A stretch of 64,000 bases of DNA. Source: an uncultured Candidatus Saccharibacteria bacterium (lineage in GTDB: Bacteria > Patescibacteriota > Doudnabacteria > UBA920). Every line of letters begins with the position of its first letter. The stretch's first letter is position 1. The position numbers and the translations under genes were made by a program. A model generated the notes under the pieces. It did no database searches, had not been told where the DNA came from, and worked only from the letters and a program-made list of their open reading frames with translations. Shown in pieces: positions 48,292-57,318 of this stretch. The stretch spans positions 7,208 to 71,207 of the forward strand of contig CAZBAS010000007.1 of assembly GCA_964490395.1 (NCBI GenBank), given 5' to 3'.

Positions 48292-48735
48292 CAAATCTAC
48301 AAATGAGACAAATATACAAATGTCTACAGATGCAGGATCTAAAAACAAACTCCTGTATGGCGAATTAAGCTATAAGCTTAATGGGTTATTATTTGCCATC
48401 CACAATGAGCTCGGGACGTATGCTCGCGAAAAGCAATACGGTGATTTACTGGCTCTAAAGTTAGATGAAAGTAATATATTGTTCCGAAGAGAGTGCATAA
48501 TTGGCGATTCAGGAAATATAGCAGACTTTATTATAGAAAATGTTATAATTTTAGAGTTGAAAGCAAAGCCGTTTTTGCTTAGAAGCGATTACGAGCAGGT
48601 TCAGCGTTATTTATATATTTGTAATTTACAACTCGGATTGCTTGTTAATTTTAGAAGTAGATTTCTACAGCCTAAAAGAATTCTGCATCGAGATTATTTG
48701 TAGCCATTTGTATATTTGTCTCATTTGTAGATTTG
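48292..48735. mobile_element. 444-bp cassette: perfect 31-bp inverted repeats (CAAATCTACAAATGAGACAAATATACAAATG at 48292-48322; its exact reverse complement at 48705-48735) bracketing a GxxExxY-family ORF
   Basis: The two arms are identical on reverse complementation. The ORF start ATG lies in the left arm, and the stop abuts the right arm. The cassette exactly fills the rnc-smc intergenic space. Confidence 0.7.
48320..48703 (+). CDS. GxxExxY-family protein (PD-(D/E)XK-like; the family commonly encoded inside 23S rRNA intervening sequences)
   Basis: The N-terminus LLYGELSYKLNGLLFAIHNELGTYAREKQYGDLLALKL and the C-terminus ...IADFIIENVIILELKA (E-hydrophobic-K) fit the family. Confidence 0.55.
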   Translation: MSTDAGSKNKLLYGELSYKLNGLLFAIHNELGTYAREKQYGDLLALKLDESNILFRRECIIGDSGNIADFIIENVIILELKAKPFLLRSDYEQVQRYLYICNLQLGLLVNFRSRFLQPKRILHRDYL

Positions 48736-48739
48736 GACT

Positions 48740-51358
48740 ATGCATTTAAAACGTTTAGAAATTCAAGGGTTTAAATCCTTTGCGCAAAAAACAGCGCTGG
48801 AGTTTGAGCCTGGTATAACCGCAATTGTTGGTCCCAACGGAAGTGGGAAGAGTAACGTTGCCGATAGTATCCGCTGGATACTAGGAGAACAATCAGTAAA
48901 ACAACTTCGCGGTAAAAAGAGTGACGATGTAATTTTTGCGGGGAGTGATAAACGTACACGCGGATCTTTTGCCGAAGTGATCGCTACGTTCGATAACGCA
49001 GATCGTCGTATTCCTTTAGACAGTAGTGAGGTTAGCATTGGTCGCCGTGTTGATAGAAGTGGGGAAAGCGAATATTTAATAAACGGTGCTCGGGTAAGAC
49101 TGCTAGACATTATAGACCTTGTGCTCAAGAGCAATATCGGTACGTCTCGGTATACCGTTATAGGGCAGGGCACTATAGACCAGCTCATTCTTGCTGGCCC
49201 TGCTGAAATAAAAGGTCTGCTTGATGAAGCGAGTGGTGTTAAAACGTACCACGTTCGTCGGGAGAAAACTCTAAAGCGTCTCGACCAGACCGCGCAAAAT
49301 TTGATGCGCGCCCAGGACGTGGTAAACGAGCTTGAACCACGCCTAAAAAGCTTGCGCAGACAGGCAAAGCGTATGGAAGCTCGTGAAGGCATTGAGCTAG
49401 AACTTAAGGTGTTGTTGCGAGAGCGCCTTGGGGGCAGCTTTTATGTGCTTTCAAATCAGGTCGCAGAGCTTACTCGTCGCCTCCAAGCGTTTACTGAGCA
49501 GCGGCAGGCAATTGAAGAGCAAATTCGAGCAGCACAGGAAAAAATAGAAAAAGAGGCTCAAGGGGAGAGTAGCGAAGCTGCACGGTTTGCTACACTACGA
49601 CGCGATCTTTTGAGTTTACAAGAACAAAAAAATAGATTATTTGAGCAGCGTAGTATATTGCAAGGTAAGCTCGCAAGTGCGAAAAGTGGCGCTGCAGGCG
49701 ACCCGCGCACTTTGCAATTGCAGGCACACCAGCTTGAGCTTAAGTTGCAAGCACTTGAGGAGCAGCTCGCTCGCGCAAACCAAGAGCTAGCGGGGAGCGT
49801 TGAGCAGGTGCAGCACTTGCAGCACGAGCGTGCCAACGTAGAAAAGCACTTACAAGAACTATACGCAGTGCTCGCCGAGCCAGATACGGTGGACCGAGAT
49901 GCATTTGCAAAGGCCATGGATGGCCTCCACAACGCCGTAGACAGTTTTCTTGAGCGTGTCGAAAGCGCTCAGAACCTCCTACAAATACAAGAACTTACGT
50001 CCACATTTAAGCACTCGTATGCAGACTTAAAGCATACGGCCCATGCTGTTTTGCAGCAGGGTGGTGGAAAGTCTGTAGAGCGACAAGAAGAGCTTCAGAA
50101 GCTTCACGTAGTGAAGTCGCGTATTGAGCAAGAGCTTTCCACGCTTTCCGCGAGGCGCGCGAGCGCGGAAACGAGTGTGCGACTATTGGAAGAACAGAAG
50201 CAGGCACTGTCTCAGGAGCATTTAGATGTAAGGCTGGAGCTGCAAAAAGCATCGAGTACAGGTACTGATAGCTTCGTAGAGCAGCTCACAAGCGAGTCTA
50301 CCCGCATAGAGCAAGAAGTGGCTACTCTTCAGGCTCGTATGCGATCCATTGAGGAAGAGCTGGCTAAGGCAGATGCAGGCGAAGCACAGCGCAGGCAGTT
50401 ACTTTCTGAGACCGAGCGCCATATACGAACCCTCCAAGATGCCATAAGCAAGCTCAGAGACCAAGAGTCGGGTATTAATATAGAAAAAGCTCGGTACGAC
50501 ACCCAGCTTGAGTCTTTAACAGCAGAGATAGAGCAGGTCTTTGGTGCTGATCTTGGAAGTGAAGTCATGCGAACTGCTGCTCCGAGCACTACGCCGAATA
50601 TAGACGAATCCATAGCGAAATTTAAGCACCAGCTTGAACTTATTGGCGGCGTAGACGAGATGACCATGCAGGAGTACCGAGAAACAGAGGAGCGCTTTAC
50701 GCGGCTTTCAGACCAGATTGCCGATCTAAACCGCAGTATGGAAGATTTAAAACAGGTTATGGATGAACTAGATGAACACATTAAGACCCGTTTTAATGAA
50801 GCTTTCCATAAAATAAACGAGCGGTTTGAAAACTACTTTAGAGTATTGTTCAATGGTGGTCGCGCTCAGCTTACACTCGTAAGGGCCAAGGACGAAGCAG
50901 CTGAAGAGGCCCTAGAAGCCAATGAAGCTCCAGAAGCTGTAGGCACCAATCTTCGTCCAGAAGAAAAGTTAGTTCAAAAATACGAAGCTGGTAGTAGTAA
51001 TGTAGTTGGTGTGGACATGAAAGCAACCCCACCGGGAAAGAAGCTTGCGAATATTCAAGCCCTTTCTGGCGGTGAACGAGCATTAACATCTATTGCCTTA
51101 CTGTGCGCACTGCTCGCGTGTTTCCCTTCGCCTTTTGTGGTGCTTGATGAAGTAGATGCAGCCCTTGATGAGGCCAATACCATTCGTTTTGGCCAAATAC
51201 TCGGAACTCTAGCCCACCAAACCCAATTCGTCACCATTTCCCACAATCGCGAGACCATGGCTCAAAGTACCATGCTGTATGGCGTTACCATGGGCGATGA
51301 CAGTGTTTCCAAAATCTTGAGCCTGAAGTTTGATCAGGCAACTGAGTATGCGAAATAG
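48740..51358 (+). CDS. smc: Chromosome partition protein SMC, a compact 872-aa form
   Basis: The N-terminal head is MHLKRLEIQGFKSFA...AIVGPNGSGKSNVADSIRWILGEQS. The C-terminal head has the signature LSGGERALTSIALLCALL and Walker B FVVLDEVDAALD. The central region is coiled-coil, with no obvious glycine-rich hinge. Confidence 0.8.
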   Translation: MHLKRLEIQGFKSFAQKTALEFEPGITAIVGPNGSGKSNVADSIRWILGEQSVKQLRGKKSDDVIFAGSDKRTRGSFAEVIATFDNADRRIPLDSSEVSIGRRVDRSGESEYLINGARVRLLDIIDLVLKSNIGTSRYTVIGQGTIDQLILAGPAEIKGLLDEASGVKTYHVRREKTLKRLDQTAQNLMRAQDVVNELEPRLKSLRRQAKRMEAREGIELELKVLLRERLGGSFYVLSNQVAELTRRLQAFTEQRQAIEEQIRAAQEKIEKEAQGESSEAARFATLRRDLLSLQEQKNRLFEQRSILQGKLASAKSGAAGDPRTLQLQAHQLELKLQALEEQLARANQELAGSVEQVQHLQHERANVEKHLQELYAVLAEPDTVDRDAFAKAMDGLHNAVDSFLERVESAQNLLQIQELTSTFKHSYADLKHTAHAVLQQGGGKSVERQEELQKLHVVKSRIEQELSTLSARRASAETSVRLLEEQKQALSQEHLDVRLELQKASSTGTDSFVEQLTSESTRIEQEVATLQARMRSIEEELAKADAGEAQRRQLLSETERHIRTLQDAISKLRDQESGINIEKARYDTQLESLTAEIEQVFGADLGSEVMRTAAPSTTPNIDESIAKFKHQLELIGGVDEMTMQEYRETEERFTRLSDQIADLNRSMEDLKQVMDELDEHIKTRFNEAFHKINERFENYFRVLFNGGRAQLTLVRAKDEAAEEALEANEAPEAVGTNLRPEEKLVQKYEAGSSNVVGVDMKATPPGKKLANIQALSGGERALTSIALLCALLACFPSPFVVLDEVDAALDEANTIRFGQILGTLAHQTQFVTISHNRETMAQSTMLYGVTMGDDSVSKILSLKFDQATEYAK

Positions 51359-51413
51359 AAAAACCTTGTACCAAGCGATGCTGCTTGATACAAGGTTTAT
51401 GGTCACACATCCT

Positions 51414-51713
51414 CTAATCATCCAATTTAAATGTGGCCTTCGCTAAACCCCCTTCGCGCGGAACACGAAACGTTCCATGTTTCACTCCTTGCCATTTCGG
51501 GTCGTTCGGGCGCCTTGCCCTGATCTTTGCAACCCAACGTGTGTCAAACATGCAGTTGTCCTTATTGCAATCCCTTATTTCTATTGCGAAAGGCTCATAG
51601 CCCGCATTTCTCATAGCGTCTCGGGACGCAATATACACCTCGTCCCTGGTTTGACCGTGGGCGGTGATTGCCAGCATCAAGGCAATAGTAATTGAAAGCA
51701 GTCTTCTTTTCAT
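51414..51713 (-). CDS. Small secreted protein (signal peptide MKRRLLSITIALMLAITAHG), hypothetical
   Basis: The ORF-track start at 51797 is extended; the Met preceding the signal peptide maps to 51713. Two Cys residues are present in the mature region. Confidence 0.45.
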   Translation of the reverse strand: MKRRLLSITIALMLAITAHGQTRDEVYIASRDAMRNAGYEPFAIEIRDCNKDNCMFDTRWVAKIRARRPNDPKWQGVKHGTFRVPREGGLAKATFKLDD

Positions 51714-51744
51714 TGAAACTCCTTTTTTATATGTGTTGATATTG

Positions 51745-51833
51745 TCGTCAAACTCTTGACGACTAATAGTTATAACAGGATATATTGTTATTGTCAACTC
51801 TAAATTGACGATAATAGCGTATTATGCTATAAT
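51745..51833. promoter_or_regulatory. Divergent control region: palindrome TCGTCAA-ACTC-TTGACGA (51745-51762), the related TGTCAA-N8-TTGACG (51792-51810), and a TTGACG-N17-TATAAT promoter whose -10 ends 6 nt before the ATG at 51840 (a leaderless mRNA)
   Basis: The motifs and spacing are read directly from the sequence. The promoter -35 overlaps the second palindrome arm. Confidence 0.55.
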
Positions 51834-51839
51834 TAAGCC

Positions 51840-52601
51840 ATGAAATACGAAAGTTTGTTCAGCAAGCTTGGTTTAAGTAAATCTGCTACTAAGATCTACT
51901 CTATTTTATTGCAGCTGGGGGCTACTAAGGCTGGGCCGATTGTTAAAGCCGCAGGTATGCACCGGATGATGGTGTATGATGCTTTGGAAGAACTTAAAAA
52001 AGAAGGCCTTGTTTCCATTGCATCAAAAAACAATGTAAAGGTTTTTTCTCCAGCAGACCCGGACAAGCTAATTACTAAAGCGCAGGGTCTTTTGGAGGAA
52101 ACGGAAGCAGTGGTAGATGAGTTGCGGAAGAGTGCTCAAATACCTGCATCGCAAATTACAGTGCAGACACTAGTAGGAAAAGAAGGGTTTTGGGAGAACC
52201 TACAGTTGTTGACTATGGCTTGCGGAAGGCAGGAACAAAAGATTATGCGTATAATTGGCGCGGGCGATGACAAACAGTATTACGACGCTTTAGGTAGAAA
52301 ATATAAGCAATACGCTGAACTTTGCGAACGTTTACAAGTGGGCAAGCGTCTATTAACTGATGCGAGAGAACAGGAAGAGTTTAACAAAAAAGTTGTTCCG
52401 GGGACTGACTCCGAACTACGCACTCTTCCGAGCAACGCGTTCTCGCCCATGTACACTCGTATTACTGAGGAATATATCTCGTTTGAAATCTTTGAGCCGG
52501 AAATTACCATTATTCAAGTTCATAGTCCAATAGTGGCAAAGAGCTACATAGATTCGTTTGATTATATTTGGTCACAGCGTGGTCAAAGGGTCAATGCTTA
52601 G
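51840..52601 (+). CDS. TrmB-family-like HTH transcriptional regulator
   Basis: The N-terminal winged-HTH KLGLSKSATKIYSILLQLGATKAGPIVKAAGMHRMMVYDALEELKKEGLVS resembles the TrmB N-terminal domain. A C-terminal ~150-aa effector-type domain follows. Confidence 0.55.
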   Translation: MKYESLFSKLGLSKSATKIYSILLQLGATKAGPIVKAAGMHRMMVYDALEELKKEGLVSIASKNNVKVFSPADPDKLITKAQGLLEETEAVVDELRKSAQIPASQITVQTLVGKEGFWENLQLLTMACGRQEQKIMRIIGAGDDKQYYDALGRKYKQYAELCERLQVGKRLLTDAREQEEFNKKVVPGTDSELRTLPSNAFSPMYTRITEEYISFEIFEPEITIIQVHSPIVAKSYIDSFDYIWSQRGQRVNA

Positions 52602-52681
52602 ACCGAAGCCGTATAATGGGTTCCTTGACCACATGCTTATTGAGTGTTAGAATAAGTCTACTTTATTGATATATTTGATAC

Positions 52682-53065
52682 ATGTTAACTATCCGTTTTC
52701 AACGCACAGGTAAGCGAAATCGAGCAGAATTCCGAGTTGTTGTAGCTCCTAAAACAGCTGCTGCTCAGAAGAAATTTACCGAAATATTGGGTAACTATAA
52801 CCCTCGCACCAAAGAGCTAACCGTAAAGAACCAGGACAGGCTAAATTACTGGCTTTCTCAGAAGCTAGAAATGTCAGCAAGTGTTCAGAACCTCTTTGTT
52901 ACCAAGAAGCTTATGGAAGGCACCAAAGTGAAAGCTTTTACTCTTCCAAAGAAAGAAGCACCTAAGGTAGAAGAGGCTCCTGCGGCTCCAGTGACCGAAG
53001 AAACCCCTGCTGTTGAAGAAGCTCCTGCAGCTGAACCAGCAACCGAAGAAACTCCAGCAGCATAA
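52682..53065 (+). CDS. rpsP: 30S ribosomal protein S16 with an Ala/Pro/Glu-rich C-terminal extension
   Basis: The N-terminus is S16-like: MLTIRFQRTGKRNRAEFRVVVA...LGNYNPRTKEL...NQDRLNYWLSQ. Confidence 0.85.
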   Translation: MLTIRFQRTGKRNRAEFRVVVAPKTAAAQKKFTEILGNYNPRTKELTVKNQDRLNYWLSQKLEMSASVQNLFVTKKLMEGTKVKAFTLPKKEAPKVEEAPAAPVTEETPAVEEAPAAEPATEETPAA

Positions 53066-53108
53066 TGCCGGAACATGTAACATATAGCATGTAGCATAAA
53101 ACATTTAA

Positions 53109-53138
53109 ATATCCCGCCGTGCGGGATATTTTTTTTGT
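53109..53138 (+). terminator. Rho-independent terminator after rpsP
   Basis: ATATCCCGC-CGT-GCGGGATAT followed by TTTTTTTT. Confidence 0.75.
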
Positions 53139-53193
53139 TATGTGTCATATGTTATGCGTTACATGCTACATGTTTTTGTTCTATGAATACATT

Positions 53194-53222
53194 TTGACAC
53201 GAGATGAAGATTTTGCTATAAT
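53194..53222 (+). promoter_or_regulatory. Consensus sigma-70 promoter (TTGACA-N17-TATAAT) with a ~190-nt leader preceding the 1270-aa surface-protein gene
   Basis: TTGACA lies at 53194-53199 and TATAAT at 53217-53222. The leader contains the hairpin CCCACC-GCCGCTAAAGCTAT-GGTGGG at 53310-53335. Confidence 0.65.
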
Positions 53223-53399
53223 GCATGTACAAAAGTTTACAAATCCCTCTGGGAGTTGAAACACAAATAAAAAACAATTAAATAAGCGTTCCGAATTTAC
53301 GAATCACATCCCACCGCCGCTAAAGCTATGGTGGGCAAAGTCGAATATGACTCTGTATTCGTGCTTGTCCGACGAAGTTTTGGCGAAGTTGGATGAGAT

Positions 53400-56300
53400 T
53401 TGTATATTCGTTTCGCAAAGAAAACAAAAAGTATGCAATCTTCAGAGCCGGGATACGATCCTGGGAAAAGTTCTAGCGGCGCTACTGGCCAGAAAAAAGT
53501 GGCTGAGCGTCTTTTGTCGTTCGTAGGGCCACGCACAGCGTTCGCTGTGATTTTTGCAGGTATTTTAGTATCTGCTGCCCTTATTCTTGCTGCGTTTAGC
53601 ACCGGTCGAGGTGGTCTTGCAGTAAAATCTCTCACTAGCATGGCTGGGTTTACCAACTCAAGCGCTGGTAGAGTAATAGACCCTGTAAATGGCAAATGCC
53701 CATTGAACTACAGGCTCGATGCACTAACAAGGAAGTGTATATTGCCTCTTCCTCCAGAGCCAACCCCTCCGGCGCCTACTCGTGCGCTAAAGCTTGATGT
53801 GGGCTTTACGCCGACTGTTGTCGCGCCTGGAGGCTCATATACTTTTTCTGCCTCATATGTAGATACGAACGGCGCTACCCAGAAATACTCTGGTCTTTTG
53901 GACGTTCAGCTTAGACTCTGCCAAATTGCAAATCCCTCATCTTGTCAGAGCAGTACTGGACCATGGGGTGACTACAATGTCACAAATGGTTCTATAGTAA
54001 TTAACCTTCCTACAACAATAGGGGAGGGTATATATAACGCATCATTCATACCTCGCGGCCAGCCTGGATGGACATGGAGCAACGAAGCAGCAGTAACCGT
54101 ACAAGCGACTTCGGTAACCCCTCCAACGGGTGGCCAGAAAATAAGACCAATATCTGCAAATGCTTCTCGAGCGACCTATGGGTCTGCCATGAACGCAATT
54201 GATGACAATATCAATACAACGTGGAATTCGGGTGATGGTGCTCCTCAGTGGATTGAACTCGATCTGGGGCAATATTATTCCGTCTCTTCAATGCGTTTTA
54301 ATGTAGAAAAGACTCCAGGTGGGGAGGCTACACACCAAATTTATGCTGGAGCATGTCCTACTCCTACCTCTCTTGCTACTACATTTACTGAGAACTTAAC
54401 AAGTAAGCAGTGGAAAGACGTATCTTTTTCTGCTGCCTCTGTCCGCTATGTTCGCGTGCTCACTACAGCCTCTCCTTCGTGGATTGCCTGGAATGAAATA
54501 GAAACTTACGGAACCTCGGCAACGTTCACTGGTTCATGTGATGGCGGTACGCCACCTTCACCAGTTGGTTGTTTAACCGGCTCCGTTAACCTATATAGCA
54601 ACAATATTGCAGTAGGCACTACCACAACTGCAAGCTCCTCAGTCCCGGGTGTTGCTGTTACCTACGAAAGCAATAATCAGAGCATAGCGACTGTAAATGG
54701 TACTACTATTACTGCAGGGAATACCGCAGGAACGGCTACCATATCTGGTCGGTTCGTATATGCCGGTAGGACTTGTTACCTCACTAGTGCAACGTTAACT
54801 GTAACTGGCGGAAATGCTCAGGGTACTGTTAGTGCTAATCCAACAGATGTATATTTGTGTACAAGCAATGGTACTTCCAACCAGGCTACTGTTACCGTAG
54901 CGGTAACTCGTGGAAGCGGTAAGGTTGATGTGTCCGGCGCTGTAACCTTCTCTGGACCAAACCGGTTAGATGCTCCTAACACGTGGACGCAAGTAATTAG
55001 CCCAGGAAACTTTACCGGCCTTAACGCCACAGCAAATGGCCAGGCAAGTGTCACTATTAGTTTGAAAGACTACTTCACAGGTCAGACCATTGCTAGCAAA
55101 ACAATTACTGCACGTATAAATCCTCCAAGTAACTGTCCTCAAGCTGGTCAGTCCAGCCTAACAGTTGGTACTGTGTATGCTGCATGTAGCTCATCTTTGA
55201 GCGCTACCGCAGATTCCATTCAGGCCACCAGCGGTACGGGTTCAACTTCTCGTGTTCTCGGAAATGGTCGCATGTTGTTTGCCTTAGACCCAAATGGTAG
55301 CGCTTCGCAGTCAAATGTAAGCATTGGATATGCTACAGACGGCAATAGCATAAGCTTTACCTTGGTAGAAGACGGTAGCAACCGTGTCCTGGCTGGTCCC
55401 GTCACAAAGATAGTACAGCCAAATCCTGCTTGTTCTCCTACGGGTACCATTACTCCAAATACTTCATACGTAAGCACTTGTGCCTTAAGCGGTCGTCCTG
55501 CAAGCGTAACCTTGAGTGCTGCTATTACCACACCATTTGGTGAAGGCGACATAGTAGTTGGTACTGGTTCTTATCCTGGTGCTTCATTCGGTCATGTGGT
55601 GGCCAACGGTGGTCCAAAAACATTCACTGTGAGTGCAAGCCAGATGGATATGTATTCTGGTGTAACATTCAACATTCGTTCTACAAGCGGTAGTTTGGTA
55701 AGCGGGGCAGGTGCGGTGGTCTATCGTGATGATAGAAACTGTAATACCTCTACTCCAACTGGTACCATTACCGTTACTCCTTCAACCTTAGCACTCTGTC
55801 CTGGCCAAAGCGGCCAGGTAACAGTGAGTGTCACATCAAATGCTCCTGGTGTTATTGGAGCTGGTGGTGTTATCTTCGGCAACTTCAATGCGCCTGGTGA
55901 CAGTTGGCAGCGTACCGTTACTGAAACAACCACATTCTCAGGTAACGTTGGTGGGTTAAGCCCAGTTGCTATGGCTTCTAAAAATGTAACTGTGACACAG
56001 GCTAGTAACTGTGCGACCACCACACCGACTTATGATTTCATACTCACCGCTAACGACACCACAGTATGTGCTGTAACCAATGACACTGCTCTCATAGCGT
56101 TCAACGCTAGTGCGGCTAATATCCCCGACTCCTATCAGGCTAGTGGCAACGACCAAGTTATCGTCTCTAAAGATGGTCAAATCGTGTATGCAAAAGGATT
56201 TGTGTCGGTGCAGCCGGGTAGCTACGTAGCTGCGGGTTCGTATTCGGCTACTACAACCGGGGTATACTCTGTGGCCATGACTTTTAACGGACAGCTTCGT

Positions 56301-57212
56301 GGTGGTACCCCTCGCTTGGTCAATGTTTCTCAAAATTGTCCAACAGCTACTCCAAGCTATGACCTGAACGTTACTGCTAATGATACTACAGTATGTCCAA
56401 TCATCAATGACAACGCATCAATCAATATGGCTGCTACTGCCTTTGATATGCCAGCAGGATATGTATCTACAAACGCAGATTCACTCACGGTAGCAAAAGA
56501 TGGTCAGATTGTATTTAATCACGGTTTTGTTCAGGGTAATCCTGGCAACTGGACTGCGAGCGGTAGTTATACTGCAACCACTCCAGGTACCTACTCAGTA
56601 GCCATGAACTTCAACGGTCAATTACGACAGATCCGACAAATAGTTATTACTCAGAATTGCCCTGCCCCTACTGGTTCCCTTTCAGTAAGCGGTGGTACGG
56701 TTCCTTGTAACTCAACTAATGGTTTAGTAAACATCTCTATATCGGGGCAGGATGGTGTGCAGTATAGTGTTGCTCGTAGCGGTGGGTGGTACTATAACAC
56801 TACGGGTTCAGGTTCTACTACCGATATAGTTCCGTTAGGTACAACATATACCTATTCCCTTTCTGCGGGTAGTCAGTACCTTGGATCGAAGAGTGTGACT
56901 GGTGTGTCAGACTCAAATTGTGGCGGTGCTGGTCACATTAGCGTAGATTCTACTACGCTGATCCTCGCTCGTCAGCCAGTATTCCCATATGCCTGTGGTA
57001 TAGCAAGACAGGGTTCCATAACCGCAACTAACAGTGGCAATGTAAACTTAACCTTTAGTGCTGGCGGGGTATCTTATCTAATAACTCCCGGCCAGACTCG
57101 AACTGGTAATATGTGGTATACCTCCGCAGGTACATATACACATAGGTTGGTCACTGAATCTACTGGTCAGCAAGTTGATTCAGTATCAGTGAACGTTTCT
57201 TGTGTGAACTAG
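53400..57212 (+). CDS. Giant (1270 aa) cell-surface protein with an N-terminal signal-anchor, an F5/8 type C (discoidin-like) domain, a Big_2-like Ig domain, tandem ~105-aa repeats and a Thr/Ser/Gly/Asn-rich beta-rich body
   Basis: The discoidin-like stretch is ISANASRATYGSAMNAIDDNINTTWNSGDGAPQWIELDLGQYY.VSSMRFN. The Big_2-like stretch is YESNNQSIATVNGTTITAGNTAGTATISG. The tandem repeats are TPTYDFILTANDTTVCAV... and TPSYDLNVTANDTTVCPI.... An alternative start lies at 53433. Confidence 0.7.
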   Translation: MYIRFAKKTKSMQSSEPGYDPGKSSSGATGQKKVAERLLSFVGPRTAFAVIFAGILVSAALILAAFSTGRGGLAVKSLTSMAGFTNSSAGRVIDPVNGKCPLNYRLDALTRKCILPLPPEPTPPAPTRALKLDVGFTPTVVAPGGSYTFSASYVDTNGATQKYSGLLDVQLRLCQIANPSSCQSSTGPWGDYNVTNGSIVINLPTTIGEGIYNASFIPRGQPGWTWSNEAAVTVQATSVTPPTGGQKIRPISANASRATYGSAMNAIDDNINTTWNSGDGAPQWIELDLGQYYSVSSMRFNVEKTPGGEATHQIYAGACPTPTSLATTFTENLTSKQWKDVSFSAASVRYVRVLTTASPSWIAWNEIETYGTSATFTGSCDGGTPPSPVGCLTGSVNLYSNNIAVGTTTTASSSVPGVAVTYESNNQSIATVNGTTITAGNTAGTATISGRFVYAGRTCYLTSATLTVTGGNAQGTVSANPTDVYLCTSNGTSNQATVTVAVTRGSGKVDVSGAVTFSGPNRLDAPNTWTQVISPGNFTGLNATANGQASVTISLKDYFTGQTIASKTITARINPPSNCPQAGQSSLTVGTVYAACSSSLSATADSIQATSGTGSTSRVLGNGRMLFALDPNGSASQSNVSIGYATDGNSISFTLVEDGSNRVLAGPVTKIVQPNPACSPTGTITPNTSYVSTCALSGRPASVTLSAAITTPFGEGDIVVGTGSYPGASFGHVVANGGPKTFTVSASQMDMYSGVTFNIRSTSGSLVSGAGAVVYRDDRNCNTSTPTGTITVTPSTLALCPGQSGQVTVSVTSNAPGVIGAGGVIFGNFNAPGDSWQRTVTETTTFSGNVGGLSPVAMASKNVTVTQASNCATTTPTYDFILTANDTTVCAVTNDTALIAFNASAANIPDSYQASGNDQVIVSKDGQIVYAKGFVSVQPGSYVAAGSYSATTTGVYSVAMTFNGQLRGGTPRLVNVSQNCPTATPSYDLNVTANDTTVCPIINDNASINMAATAFDMPAGYVSTNADSLTVAKDGQIVFNHGFVQGNPGNWTASGSYTATTPGTYSVAMNFNGQLRQIRQIVITQNCPAPTGSLSVSGGTVPCNSTNGLVNISISGQDGVQYSVARSGGWYYNTTGSGSTTDIVPLGTTYTYSLSAGSQYLGSKSVTGVSDSNCGGAGHISVDSTTLILARQPVFPYACGIARQGSITATNSGNVNLTFSAGGVSYLITPGQTRTGNMWYTSAGTYTHRLVTESTGQQVDSVSVNVSCVN

Positions 57213-57318
57213 TAGGGAGTTTGACATTTAAAAGGCGCACTTGTAAAATCTAAGTAGAGCTGGCTTTGTAAGAAAGGTCGAAAGCTAGAACCAGTTTAGA
57301 GCAGCTTTTATAACAGAT

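Noticed and set aside
48763-50781. Minus-strand ORFs (209, 124 and 150 aa) inside smc
   Set aside because: They are antisense to smc.
53297-53695. A 132-aa minus-strand ORF
   Set aside because: It runs antisense across the consensus promoter, the leader and the start of the 1270-aa gene, making it a shadow ORF.
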